DNA of 64,000 nucleotides from contig JAXGJZ010000008.1 in the NCBI GenBank assembly GCA_040769985.1, positions 21,394-85,393 of the forward strand, in the 5' to 3' direction. A program made the translations under genes and the position numbers. The notes beneath the pieces are model-generated. The model was not told the DNA's origin. It saw nothing but the letters and a program-made list of their open reading frames with translations, and did no database searches. The stretch is from Desulfobacterales bacterium (GTDB lineage: Bacteria > Desulfobacterota > Desulfobacteria > Desulfobacterales > JAHDSC01). Below, one piece after another: positions 1 through 9,807 of this stretch (position 1 is its first letter; the number at the start of each line of letters is the position of its first letter).

Positions 1-556
1 CCAGGACCATGGCCGTACAGGGAGCGATGCCAAGCAGAATACAGCCCGCCAGATAGCTGCGCCACAGCGGGATATCCATCATCTTAACGCCATCCACCAG
101 CACTACAGTTCCTGCCCCGTGAGTGGCGCCCACGGGAAGATCCAGCCCGAAAGGCATCTTGACCAGGTCTTTGGCTTCAGGGCCGATGAATCCGTAAAAC
201 AGCATCCCCAGAAAAAACAGGGCAATGCCATACATGGTAAAAGGCTTGACACACCAGTTGATAAACAAGGTCAAAAACACCGGCTTTCCGCTTTTGCCCG
301 CCTTGATCACCGAACCAAAGTCGATTTTTACCATAATGGGATACATCATGCAAAACAGGCAGACAGCAATGGGAATCGACACCACCGGCGCCCCCTTCAC
401 ATAAATCGCCAGGCTGTCCAGGTAACGGGCCATGCCGGGGGCTGCCTTTCCAAGAAGGATGCCTGCGACGATGCAGAGAAAGACCCATACGGTCAGGTAG
501 CGTTCAAATACGCTGGTCATTTTGCGGTCGTCGGCAATGAGGGTATCCGGACTCAT
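1..556 (-). CDS. acr3: ACR3-family arsenite efflux transporter (5' part; runs off window edge)
   Basis: Manual translation from ATG 556: [29 protein letters not shown]...[11 protein letters not shown]...[13 protein letters not shown]...[18 protein letters not shown]. FERYLTxW, MMYP, NWxxKPF and APCTAMV are ACR3 hallmarks. Absent from the ORF track because no stop lies inside the window. Confidence 0.93.
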   Translation of the reverse strand, partial: MSPDTLIADDRKMTSVFERYLTVWVFLCIVAGILLGKAAPGMARYLDSLAIYVKGAPVVSIPIAVCLFCMMYPIMVKIDFGSVIKAGKSGKPVFLTLFINWCVKPFTMYGIALFFLGMLFYGFIGPEAKDLVKMPFGLDLPVGATHGAGTVVLVDGVKMMDIPLWRSYLAGCILLGIAPCTAMVL

Positions 557-605
557 TTTTCATTCACTCCTTCTTTTTATGATTTCTTCAAATTGCTCTG
601 ACAAC

Positions 606-1478
606 TTATTTTAACGGCGGCACAAAAAACGTGGGAATCAATGTGTTGCGAACCACATAATTGGCTACGCTGCCCATCATAAGCTTGCCAAAGAATCCGC
701 GTCCTTGGGTGCCCATGACAACCATTGAGTAATCGCCCCGATGGAGATATCGGACGATCTCCTGTTTTGGTAGGCCGTAAGCAAGTTCGATGCTTACCTC
801 GACAGCTCCAATGTCTTTAAGACGGTTCTGCATCCGCTCCAATCTCTCACGATCGATCCGGTTGAACTCCTCCAGTTTATCCTGAAGATCCCCGTAAATT
901 CGGCTCTTGTCCCGAACATGCAAAAGGGTGACTCTGCGGCCTCCGCTGCGCACGATCTGTTCCAAATAGGTAAACGCCCGTTCGGCCACATCGGAAAAAT
1001 CTGTCGGAAACAACACGTGTTTATGAGGATCGCACGTCACTTCTTCGCAGACCGTTCTGTCGCCTTCCTTTTTCAACCGCAGATGAAGGACAAGAACCGG
1101 CTTGGTCACGCTTTGAATGACGGCGCCGGCAACGCTGCCTAATAGAATGTCGGCCGCCATGGTCCGACCGTGGGAACCAATGACGATCAGCGAGCAGTCA
1201 TGCGCATCTGCCTGGCGGATGATCTCAATGTGCGGTAGGCCCAGCACCATTTTCGCCTTCACCTTAAATCCTTGATCTTCGAGAAGCTTTTTATGTCTAT
1301 CGAATTCCGGCTTTGCCAAATCCATCAACTGGAAAGCCAGAGAACCCACGTCGCGGATGTTTAGGCAATGGATCAACACGATTTCAGTTGATCCCAATTT
1401 TCTGAGGCCCCCCAGTTCGCAAATAAAGCGCTCAGATGCCTCGGACAGGTCCGTTGCAACAAGTATCCTCGTAAACAT
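606..1478 (-). CDS. Tandem-domain universal stress protein (290 aa)
   Basis: Two USP domains (ILVATDLS...GSHG...LLGSVA; VLFPTDFS...GTQG...MGSVA). Start moved to MFTRIL at 1478, behind an AGGAAGG SD. Confidence 0.9.
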   Translation of the reverse strand: MFTRILVATDLSEASERFICELGGLRKLGSTEIVLIHCLNIRDVGSLAFQLMDLAKPEFDRHKKLLEDQGFKVKAKMVLGLPHIEIIRQADAHDCSLIVIGSHGRTMAADILLGSVAGAVIQSVTKPVLVLHLRLKKEGDRTVCEEVTCDPHKHVLFPTDFSDVAERAFTYLEQIVRSGGRRVTLLHVRDKSRIYGDLQDKLEEFNRIDRERLERMQNRLKDIGAVEVSIELAYGLPKQEIVRYLHRGDYSMVVMGTQGRGFFGKLMMGSVANYVVRNTLIPTFFVPPLK

Positions 1479-1736
1479 ATTCACCTTCCTTTTTATGACT
1501 GAACGATTCGAATTACGAATGGTAACGCGATCAAGATCCACTGGCAAACCATGGTCGGATGCGGTTATGGTCATGGTTTTCATTATTAAACGATAACACG
1601 CATCATGTCGACCATCAAAATTCTGCGATGATCAATTCCGATCCTCAAAAATTGATCCTTTTTCATCGGCAAGCCTGTTGACGTCTCAGGCTGCTTATTT
1701 CCGCGGATATTTTGGTCTTTCATCTAATCATGAACG

Positions 1737-1913
1737 CTAAACTTCAGAAGTGTTCGCAATATCGCTTTTCTTCGTATTTCCTGTTTCTATCGCTGATTCC
1801 ACTTTTGTTTTGTCCCGAACTTCCTCGATCTCTTCGATCTGGACTGAACAACAGCAGCCTTTGCCTCCAAACAGCTTTTCAAAAAATCCCCGTCCGGTCT
1901 TTTTCTCGGTCAT
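1737..1913 (-). CDS. 58-aa small protein with a Cys-Cys-Cys motif (not in ORF track)
   Basis: MTEKKTGRGFFEKLFGGKGCCCSVQIEEIEEVRDKTKVESAIETGNTKKSDIANTSEV*, with a strong AGGAGG SD and co-oriented within the ars-like cluster. Confidence 0.75.
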   Translation of the reverse strand: MTEKKTGRGFFEKLFGGKGCCCSVQIEEIEEVRDKTKVESAIETGNTKKSDIANTSEV

Positions 1914-2031
1914 TACATGCCTCCTATGGTAAAAATTTTTGTTTTATTCTCCAACCATATGGGTTCAAACTTAGGGAGATAAGCTTGGCGGGTTCCGCTT
2001 GAACCCAAAGATCCCGTTTATTCTTGAAATG

Positions 2032-2928
2032 TCAACTCATCAAATTGAACGCATACCCGCCAAAAACCGCTGTCACCCAGATAACCGCAACAATCGATGC
2101 CACCAGGCGTTTTTTAAAAATGCCGGCCAGCATGGCCATTTCCGGGATGGCCATTCCCGCTCCACCGATAATGAGAGCAATCACAGCGCCCATGCTCATC
2201 CCCTTTTGAAGTAAAGCCAGGCCGATGGGAATGGCCGTCTCCACGCGGATGTACAAGGGAATACCGATTACTGCGGCAAACGGAACGGCAAATGGATTTT
2301 GGGAACCTGCAATATCGGCAACAAACTCTTGAGGAATATAGCCGTAGATACCCGCCCCTATCCCAACGCCGATCAAAAGGTAGAGCAAAATGCCTCTGAA
2401 ATCACTCCACGCCGATTGGAATGCCTCAATGATTTTCCCTGAAAACCCTTCTGGAACAGAACACCTCGAAGCTCCGCAACAGTCGGCCTTCAGCCGGACA
2501 TTCCTTAGGTATTTGCGACCTCCGGTTTTTTCAAGAATTACACCAAAAACAACCGATCCCGAAAATGTCACGCTAAAGTAGATCAGGCATGCTTTGAGAC
2601 CCATGAGCGACGCCACCATGGCAATGATAATGGGGTTGAGTAACGGCGAAGCAATAACGAACGACATAACCGGTCCAAAAGGCGCGCCAGCATTTAACAT
2701 TCCCAATGTCATCGGGATTGTCGAACAGGCGCAAAACGGGGTCAGCGACCCGACAAGAGCGCCTAGAAAATTTTCCCAGATTCCGCGTTTGGCAAGCCAT
2801 GTCCTTAGTTGTTCTTGTGGAATATACATAAGAATCAGCGCCACGATCGTGCTGATCCCTAAAAACAGGGCGGTCAACTCCGCCGTAATTAACAAAAAAT
2901 ATTTGATGGTTTCGATAAAAGTACCCAT
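2032..2928 (-). CDS. ArsP/DUF318-family permease
   Basis: TPFCACSTIP, SPLLNP and GIPLY motifs, about 8 TM helices and a Cys-rich central loop (DCCGASRC). Start at MGTF (2928) with a GGAGG SD. Confidence 0.85.
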   Translation of the reverse strand: MGTFIETIKYFLLITAELTALFLGISTIVALILMYIPQEQLRTWLAKRGIWENFLGALVGSLTPFCACSTIPMTLGMLNAGAPFGPVMSFVIASPLLNPIIIAMVASLMGLKACLIYFSVTFSGSVVFGVILEKTGGRKYLRNVRLKADCCGASRCSVPEGFSGKIIEAFQSAWSDFRGILLYLLIGVGIGAGIYGYIPQEFVADIAGSQNPFAVPFAAVIGIPLYIRVETAIPIGLALLQKGMSMGAVIALIIGGAGMAIPEMAMLAGIFKKRLVASIVAVIWVTAVFGGYAFNLMS

Positions 2929-2950
2929 GAAACGCTCGCCCTCCGATATC

Positions 2951-2965
2951 GTTGACGATGTCAAC
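2951..2965. promoter_or_regulatory. Palindromic operator GTTGAC-N3-GTCAAC upstream of the permease
   Basis: GTTGACGATGTCAAC; same half-sites as the copy at 3484-3498. Confidence 0.7.
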
Positions 2966-2981
2966 TTTTATTAGAAAAAAA

Positions 2982-3410
2982 TTATTGGCTCAACGCTCCG
3001 GCCAAGGCTTTCAACGATTGTTTAATGGCATGCCTCAACTCTTTCGGCAACTTCGAAAACAATTTTTCAAATTCTTCAGAATAATGGGCATCGGTAGAAT
3101 CGAGGATTTCTTTACCGGATCGCGTGATGACAACACAGCAAATTCTTGCATCATCATAGGATCTTTTTTTCTGAACATATCCTTTCTTTTCCAGACGGTT
3201 TACGATTCTCGTGGCACCGCTTTTGGTAAATCCCAGCGCCAGTCCAATATCTTGAACAGGGCAATTCTTGGTGTTGAATATTTTATCAAGGGCAATAAAC
3301 TCAGGCATCGAGATGTTTCCGCAACATTCGCCATTTAGTCCTTTTGGACCAAAATGCCAGACGATATCGATCAACGCCCGGTTGATTTCAGAAAGGTTTT
3401 TTCCACTCAT
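2982..3410 (-). CDS. MarR-family transcriptional regulator with vicinal Cys pairs
   Basis: wHTH KSGATRIVNRLEKKGYV...DAR; ECCG and ICCV Cys pairs. Start at MSGKNL (3410) with an AAGGAG SD. Confidence 0.88.
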   Translation of the reverse strand: MSGKNLSEINRALIDIVWHFGPKGLNGECCGNISMPEFIALDKIFNTKNCPVQDIGLALGFTKSGATRIVNRLEKKGYVQKKRSYDDARICCVVITRSGKEILDSTDAHYSEEFEKLFSKLPKELRHAIKQSLKALAGALSQ

Positions 3411-3483
3411 TTTTTTACTCCTTGCGATCCAGCCAAGTCTTTGTTCAATATCATCATAAGTAGAAGCAGCAATATCGCATTTG

Positions 3484-3498
3484 GTTGACATTGTCAAC
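3484..3498. promoter_or_regulatory. Palindromic operator GTTGAC-N3-GTCAAC upstream of marR
   Basis: GTTGACATTGTCAAC; matches the copy at 2951-2965. Confidence 0.7.
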
Positions 3499-3751
3499 TA
3501 TATGTTTAGATCAAACTCCATCTTTGGTAAAGTAATTGCGCCTTCTCAACGCCATATTTTTGGATTATGCCGATTTTTTTACATACATGGAGGTCGTTTG
3601 CTGCCGGCAAACGTTATAACGACAATTGAAAACCGATCGAAGCCGGAATGAAGCAGCGAATGATCAAGTGGTGGTAAAAACAAATTAAATCGTCCGGATA
3701 TAAAAATCAAAAAATCCGATGCGCGGAAATTTCTTCGAAGAACGGAGTTTT

Positions 3752-3790
3752 AAAAATAAAAAAGCCGGCGGGATTCCTCCCCTGCCGGCT
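3752..3790 (-). terminator. Rho-independent terminator after the pilT-pilU-zinc-ribbon genes
   Basis: Minus strand AGCCGGCAGGGGAGGAATCCCGCCGGCT followed by TTTTTATTTTT. Confidence 0.75.
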
Positions 3791-3836
3791 GAAAATTTCA
3801 AGTGTTTATATCCCTTCTTTCCAATGAAGGGCTTTA

Positions 3837-4511
3837 TTAGATCCTTCCCATCTTTTTGAGAGTTTCCTTGAAGGATCGATAGAAAAAATCGCTGTCGGTG
3901 ATCCCGCGACTCAATACCTTGCCGACTTCATCGATGTTTTTGGAGTTTATGATCAAATCAACACTCTTCTGAAATGCCGTCATATTGTCCATGGTTCGAT
4001 GGCGGCTGCTGATAAGGCCGACAAAAATGTTTCTGCGAACGGACATATGGAGACGCTGAAGATAAATCAGGATACCGTTCGAGTCCGTGTTGTTGGTATC
4101 GAAGTCCTCATTGACAACGATGAGGTCGTAGTTATGATACCGCATCTTCTTCAGTGCATCCCGGACGTTCTGAGCTTCGGTGATATGGTATTCCATAATC
4201 TCGAGCGTCTCGGCAATTTTTTTCTTTAAAGCCGGATCAAATTCGCATAGAAGCGCGGTCTTGCCTTCTTCCTCCGCAAAATCGAAGGGCTTTTCAGAAG
4301 GATCATATTCGCTTTCGCTCATTTCGTCGGCAATGTTTTCATTATCTTCTTCACTTTCAATGCGAGGCGGTTTCTTTTCGTCCTTTTGCATCGAGTTTAA
4401 GGTAATCCGGTGGTTACACTTTGGGCACGGAAATGAAGCCACCTTTCCCACGGGTATTTTTTCATCCGGAATTTTGAATCGGCTCCGGCACTTATCGCAT
4501 ATGATATTCAT
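3837..4511 (-). CDS. Zinc-ribbon (MJ0042-type) plus receiver-like domain protein
   Basis: N-terminal CDKC...CPKC, then an acidic linker and a REC-like C-terminal domain (YDLIVVNE). Confidence 0.75.
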   Translation of the reverse strand: MNIICDKCRSRFKIPDEKIPVGKVASFPCPKCNHRITLNSMQKDEKKPPRIESEEDNENIADEMSESEYDPSEKPFDFAEEEGKTALLCEFDPALKKKIAETLEIMEYHITEAQNVRDALKKMRYHNYDLIVVNEDFDTNNTDSNGILIYLQRLHMSVRRNIFVGLISSRHRTMDNMTAFQKSVDLIINSKNIDEVGKVLSRGITDSDFFYRSFKETLKKMGRI

Positions 4512-4612
4512 GACGAATAAAAAAGATCTCCTTCTGAAAAAATGTTATCGACCAATGCCGGAATCCCCATGGGAAAGATGCGGATCCGGCATCCGGTTCA
4601 AAATCTTAAAAA

Positions 4613-5794
4613 TCACCTGCCGTCGGAATAGGATTTTTCATATTCACGATCGATTTCAAGTGATTCGATATCGGTGGTAGCCTCTCCTCTGGAGCTTTTT
4701 ATCGTGTCGATGCCCCGGCCTACGATCCCTTTGCGGGAAGAGTAAGCCACGGCGGTTTCCTGCGAAATCAGTCCTTTTTCATACAGTCCGACAATATAAT
4801 CGTCAAAGGTGGTCATTCCAAACGGCCTGCCGGCTTCCATTACATCGTAATAGGTTTTACCCTCCGCTTCGCCGTGTAAAATCATATCCTTGACCCGAAC
4901 GTTGGAGCCGAGGATTTCAAAGGCCGCCACACGGCCTCCCCCGATTTTCGGAAGCAGCCGCTGGCTTATAATCCATCGAACGGAATCGGAAAGGCGGATT
5001 CGGATCTGGTGTTCTTCTTCGGTGCTAAACATACCCAGGATACGGTTGATTGTCTGACCGGCATCAACCGTATGGAGAGTTGTCAAAACAAGATGGCCGG
5101 TTTCGGCTGCGCTTAATCCGATTTCCACCGTCTCCCGGTCACGCATTTCCCCCACCAGTATCACTTTCGGAGCCTGCCTGAGAGCGGCACGCAACCCGTT
5201 GGCAAACGAATCGAAATCCGTGCCGAGTTCTCTCTGGTTAAAGGTGGATTTTTTGTGGGGATGCTGGTATTCGATCGGATCTTCGAGCGTTACAACATGA
5301 ACCGACTTTGTTGCATTGATCTCGTCCAGAACCGCGGCCAGGGAAGTCGTTTTCCCGGAACCCGTAGCGCCCGTTACAAAGACGATACCGTTTTTTTCCT
5401 GCGCAATTTTATAAAACGCCTTGGCAGGAAGATTCATTTCCTTGATGGTCGGTATTTTCGTTTCGAGTTTCCGTAGTACAATCGAATAATTGGAGGACTG
5501 GGAAAAGATATTTACCCGGAAACGTGCCTTCCCGGCCAGGCTGTACGAAAGGTCGCAAGATCCTTCATTCAGAAGCTTATCAATCAGTCGGCGATCCTGA
5601 TTAATCAGATTCAGGGCAAAAATTTCATTCTGGAACGAGGTCAATTCCCCCAGATGGGGCTCCAGATCGACGCCGACCAATTCACCGGAACTTTCCACCT
5701 GCAGCGGTTTGCCAACCGTCAGATTCAGGTCCGACACATTCGTCTGGGAGTCGAGCATCTTGGTCAATATGTGATCGATTTCCTGTTTCCTCAT
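4613..5794 (-). CDS. pilU: PilT/PilU-family type IV pilus retraction ATPase (PilU-like paralog)
   Basis: Walker A GATGSGKT, TLEDPIE, LVGEMRD, TTLHT; lacks the AIRNLIRE motif. Confidence 0.85.
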   Translation of the reverse strand: MRKQEIDHILTKMLDSQTNVSDLNLTVGKPLQVESSGELVGVDLEPHLGELTSFQNEIFALNLINQDRRLIDKLLNEGSCDLSYSLAGKARFRVNIFSQSSNYSIVLRKLETKIPTIKEMNLPAKAFYKIAQEKNGIVFVTGATGSGKTTSLAAVLDEINATKSVHVVTLEDPIEYQHPHKKSTFNQRELGTDFDSFANGLRAALRQAPKVILVGEMRDRETVEIGLSAAETGHLVLTTLHTVDAGQTINRILGMFSTEEEHQIRIRLSDSVRWIISQRLLPKIGGGRVAAFEILGSNVRVKDMILHGEAEGKTYYDVMEAGRPFGMTTFDDYIVGLYEKGLISQETAVAYSSRKGIVGRGIDTIKSSRGEATTDIESLEIDREYEKSYSDGR

Positions 5795-5884
5795 GATACA
5801 ACCTCGTGTGTTGAAAGGCGCCCTTCGGACGCTGAACGGTTTTCCCTCTCGATCGGATGAGAGGAATCGTCTCCGGCTTACCGG

Positions 5885-6967
5885 CTAAGCCTCGGTAAAG
5901 TCGGTGGGCGGATTTTTCAAAAACGGCCGGAACCTTGCTTTGTCGTTGGATTTCAAATAGGCCTCATCCGCGCTGATCCATCTTTTGTTGTATAGCTCCA
6001 TGATTGCATCGTCCAGAAGCTGCATGCCGTATTTTTTACCCGTCTGGATCATGGAGGCGATCTGATGGGTTTTGGATTCCCGTATTAGATTTCGGACCGC
6101 CGGGGTTGCAATCAAAATCTCGGGAGCGACGCAGCGCCCTTTTCTGTCGATTCTTTTAAACAAAACCTGAGCGATGATCGCCCGGAGGCTGTCGGATAAG
6201 GTGGATCGAATCTGAGCCTGCTGGTTCGCGGGATAAACGTCAATGATTCGATCGATCGTTTTTATCGCACTGGTCGTATGGAGCGTTCCAAAAACGAGAT
6301 GGCCGGTCGCGGAGGCTTCGAGGGCAAGAGATATGGTTTCCAGGTCTCTCAGCTCGCCTACCAGAATAATATCCGGATCCTCACGAAGGGCTCCCCGCAA
6401 GGCCGCGTTAAAGGAATCGGTATGCAGGCCCACCTCCCGGTGATTGACAATGCATCCCTGACTCTGATGGACGAATTCGATGGGATCTTCGACCGTGATG
6501 ATATGATCCTTGCGGGTACGGTTCGCCACATCAATGATTGCGGCAAGGGTGGTCGATTTACCGCTTCCCGTAGGGCCTGTCACCAGAACCAGCCCCCTCG
6601 GAAGCGAGGCCAGCTTGGATATCACCGGCGGGAGCCCCAACTGATCCGCGGTCATGATGGTATTGGGAATCTCCCGGAATACCGCACCCACACCATATTT
6701 TTGCTGGAAAAAATTGGCCCGGTATCTGGCAAGGCCCGGAATTTCGTAACCGAAATCAACATCACCGGTTTCCTCATACACCTTGATCTTATCCTCGGGC
6801 GTAATTTCATAAAGCATGGCTCTCAAGTCATCATCGTTGAGAACCTTATATTTAATCCTTTCAATGTCGCCTCTGATCCGAAGCGCAGGAGGCTGACCGG
6901 AAACCAGGTGAAGGTCTGAAGCACCCTGATCGTTCATCAATTTAAAAAACGCATCGATTTTCGCCAT
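5885..6967 (-). CDS. pilT: Type IV pilus twitching motility ATPase PilT
   Basis: ASDLH, GPTGSGKST, ALREDPD, GTLHT and AVRNLIRE motifs. Confidence 0.95.
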   Translation of the reverse strand: MAKIDAFFKLMNDQGASDLHLVSGQPPALRIRGDIERIKYKVLNDDDLRAMLYEITPEDKIKVYEETGDVDFGYEIPGLARYRANFFQQKYGVGAVFREIPNTIMTADQLGLPPVISKLASLPRGLVLVTGPTGSGKSTTLAAIIDVANRTRKDHIITVEDPIEFVHQSQGCIVNHREVGLHTDSFNAALRGALREDPDIILVGELRDLETISLALEASATGHLVFGTLHTTSAIKTIDRIIDVYPANQQAQIRSTLSDSLRAIIAQVLFKRIDRKGRCVAPEILIATPAVRNLIRESKTHQIASMIQTGKKYGMQLLDDAIMELYNKRWISADEAYLKSNDKARFRPFLKNPPTDFTEA

Positions 6968-7427
6968 TCGTTGTTCCTAACTTCTTATATGAGTGCCGGG
7001 CAACGAGTTCATGCCCGGCATGTTTTTTCTTCCATGTCTGTTGCCGCCGCCAGGTGTGCCCAATGGGCTCCGCTGCCGGTTGCCGATGGTCCGGAAGCCA
7101 TATCAATATTTTTGATATCGACATTTTCATCGGATTCTTAACAACAAAATTAAATATCCCGATCATGCAGAATCGGATGAGAAGACAAGTTCCGACTTCC
7201 CATCGAAAAATGTTTTACGGCGGGAAAGGACAGACGGCGGCTTTGCCGTTCATGCGACCCGGCGAGCCGTTTTATCGGCGTGCAAAGGATCGATGCGTAC
7301 GATTATGGAAAAAATCTGTTTTTCAGGAGGATACAAAAAAATGAGAAAAAAAAGAGGGGAGAAAGGGATGAATCGGAAAATAGAAATCAAAAACCACTGG
7401 AACCCGGCGATAAAAATGAAAACAAAT

Positions 7428-7928
7428 TTAAGGATGTTTCAATAATTTTACTTTCGAATCTTCCTCATCTATTTTCTTCATCTCCTGCTGGTTGATGTCC
7501 AGGAGTTTTGAATGGGTATCGATTATCGATCGGATCTGTGCTTCAATCTGCACGCGCTGCCGTTTCAACTCGGACATATCGTCATGGAGCTGGGTCAGCC
7601 GGTTATATGCTCGGTTCAGAATTTTTTCAGCCCGAACCTCCGCATCCGCAATAATCAATTCAGCCGATTTCCGGGCATTGGCATTTATTTGCGCTACAAC
7701 TTTCTGGGAATTTTCCATTGCGCGATTCAGTGTTTCCTGACGCTCGGCGTATTCCTGGATTTGAAGCTTAAGCGCCTTGATTTCCTCACTCGCAATCTCG
7801 ATTCTGCGCTGCATGGCTCCAAATTCAGAGGCCATCTGTTCGAGAAACTCATCCACTTCCTGGATGTCGAATCCTCTGAATCTTAAACGGAACTGTTTCT
7901 GTTGAATACCAAGGGGAGTTATTTTCAT
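7428..7928 (-). CDS. divIVA: DivIVA domain protein
   Basis: ITPLGIQQKQF...RGFDIQEVDEFL followed by a coiled coil. Confidence 0.9.
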   Translation of the reverse strand: MKITPLGIQQKQFRLRFRGFDIQEVDEFLEQMASEFGAMQRRIEIASEEIKALKLQIQEYAERQETLNRAMENSQKVVAQINANARKSAELIIADAEVRAEKILNRAYNRLTQLHDDMSELKRQRVQIEAQIRSIIDTHSKLLDINQQEMKKIDEEDSKVKLLKHP

Positions 7929-7950
7929 GAATTTTCTTCCCTCTTTTTTG

Positions 7951-8250
7951 TTATGACAAGCTTATGGCTAAGCGAGTCAAAGAATCGACAAGAAATTTTC
8001 TCAGAAAAATGATAATCAGAAAGACAATGATCGGCGAAAGATCCATGCCCCCGAAAACAACCGGAAGCTTTCTTCGGATGGGATAAAGAACCGGCTCCGT
8101 GACATTATGGATAAAACGAACGATCGGATTATAGGGGTCCGGGCTCACCCATGAAAGCACGGCCCTTGCGATAATAATCCACATGTAAAAAAGAAGAACA
8201 TACTCGATGACCGTTGCAAGAGCGGCGATAAAATTGCCGACGATAAACAT
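7951..8250 (-). CDS. yggT: YggT-family membrane protein
   Basis: LSWVSPDPYNPIV...TEPVL.PIRR...DLSP motif. Confidence 0.93.
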   Translation of the reverse strand: MFIVGNFIAALATVIEYVLLFYMWIIIARAVLSWVSPDPYNPIVRFIHNVTEPVLYPIRRKLPVVFGGMDLSPIIVFLIIIFLRKFLVDSLTRLAISLS

Positions 8251-8365
8251 AAGAATGGAAACCTCGTATTGAACTGATTTTTCAGGTTAACAACTGCTAT
8301 TTATTTAGAAAACCTGCTAGGCATCGTAAATAAATATATTCTTGAAGAGAAGTCAAGATAATTCA

Positions 8366-8395
8366 TTGACAGATTTCTTTTCAGGAAGATAGAAT
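8366..8395 (+). promoter_or_regulatory. Putative sigma70 promoter of proC
   Basis: TTGACA-18 nt-TAGAAT. Confidence 0.5.
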
Positions 8396-8431
8396 ACAAC
8401 AATTTTTAACAATTGAAAACGCAAAAGAGAG

Positions 8432-9292
8432 TTGTTTTTGATCGGACCAAATAAAAAAATAGGTTTTATCGGCGTCGGAAACATGGGCGAGGCATTGGCG
8501 GGAGCGATCATTCGGTCGGATATTTTCGATCCCGACGGGATTTTTATTTCCGATATCAGCGAAAAGCGCCTGGAGATTATGAAAAACAAGTACGGGATCT
8601 CCAACACGAGAGATCCTTTGGAACTTTTTTCGGAATGCGATATCGTCATACTGGCAGTGAAGCCCCAGCAAACGGCTTCTCTGCTTTCGCAAATCTCCGG
8701 TCGACGGATCCGCGCCGATATAATGAAGCGAAAACTGCTCATCTCCATCGCGGCGGGAATCACCATGCAAAAAATCGAGGGCTTTTTGTATCGGGATCTG
8801 GATGAACCGTCCAGGGCGAAACTGCCGATTATGCGTGTGATGCCGAATACGCCGGCGCTCGTTTCAGCCGGCATGTCGGGAATGTGCGCAAACCGGTATG
8901 CAACCGCGGAAGACAAAAAAATGACCCGGGTTCTTCTGGAGTCCGTGGGGAAGGTTATCGAATTCGGAGAAGAAGACATGGATGCGGTGACCGCGCTTTC
9001 CGGTTCCGGCCCGGCCTATGTGTTTTACCTGGTTGAATCAATGATCCAGGGAGGCATCGCAATGGGCCTTCACCCGGAGGATGCCGTCACCCTCACCCTC
9101 ACGACCCTCAAAGGATCGATCCGACTCATGGAGACGCAACATGAACCACCCGAAATCCTGCGTCAAAAAGTGACCTCTCCCGGAGGAACGACCGAGGCGG
9201 CTTTCAAGGTACTTGAATCGAACCGGGTCAAGCAACATATTGTCGAAGCGATCGCCGCTGCAACCAGACGTTCAAAAGAACTCAGCCAATAA
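8432..9292 (+). CDS. proC: Pyrroline-5-carboxylate reductase
   Basis: GFIGVGNMG, AVKPQ, RVMPNTP, SGSGPAY and VTSPGGTT motifs. Confidence 0.96.
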   Translation: MFLIGPNKKIGFIGVGNMGEALAGAIIRSDIFDPDGIFISDISEKRLEIMKNKYGISNTRDPLELFSECDIVILAVKPQQTASLLSQISGRRIRADIMKRKLLISIAAGITMQKIEGFLYRDLDEPSRAKLPIMRVMPNTPALVSAGMSGMCANRYATAEDKKMTRVLLESVGKVIEFGEEDMDAVTALSGSGPAYVFYLVESMIQGGIAMGLHPEDAVTLTLTTLKGSIRLMETQHEPPEILRQKVTSPGGTTEAAFKVLESNRVKQHIVEAIAAATRRSKELSQ

Positions 9293-9337
9293 GATAAGAA
9301 CGGCTTTTTCATCAACCCTTTTAAGGATGGACATCCA

Positions 9338-9805
9338 ATGAAAATTCCAAAAAAATCCATCGGCCTGGTTTTTCTGTTTTTTTTCTTTTCGTCCGTGTGG
9401 ATCTCCCCCGGCTTCGCCGACTCGGACGGCATCAAGTGGTATTCTTATGATGAGGGTATGGCTTTGGGTGAAAAAGAGGGAAAAAAGGTATTTGTATTTT
9501 TTACCGCTGAATGGTGCGCGTACTGCACAAAAATGAAAAAAGAAACATTTACGGATCCTTCGGTAAGTGCGTATCTCAATGAAAACTTTATCTCCGTGCT
9601 TGCGGATTATGATATGGAAAGCACGCTCGTAACCAAGTATAATATTCGGGGGCTTCCGCTTTCTTATTTCTTTTCCGAGTCCGGCGACTCAATCATCCAA
9701 CGACCGGGTTATATTCCATCGGAAAAATTTATCCATATGCTCCGATTCGTTCATACCGAAAGCTACAAGAAAATGTCTCTGGAAAAATTTGCGGAGGGAA
9801 AATAG
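9338..9805 (+). CDS. Exported thioredoxin-fold protein (SoxW-like)
   Basis: Signal peptide, WCAYC active site, cis-Pro GLP and GYIP. Confidence 0.85.
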   Translation: MKIPKKSIGLVFLFFFFSSVWISPGFADSDGIKWYSYDEGMALGEKEGKKVFVFFTAEWCAYCTKMKKETFTDPSVSAYLNENFISVLADYDMESTLVTKYNIRGLPLSYFFSESGDSIIQRPGYIPSEKFIHMLRFVHTESYKKMSLEKFAEGK

Positions 9806-9807
9806 AA

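Noticed and set aside
1961..2006. GGGTTCAA...TTGAACCC inverted repeat as a fifth copy of the dispersed repeat
   Set aside because: Only the 7-8 bp ends match, in the opposite arrangement, with no core hairpin; more likely a local stem-loop.
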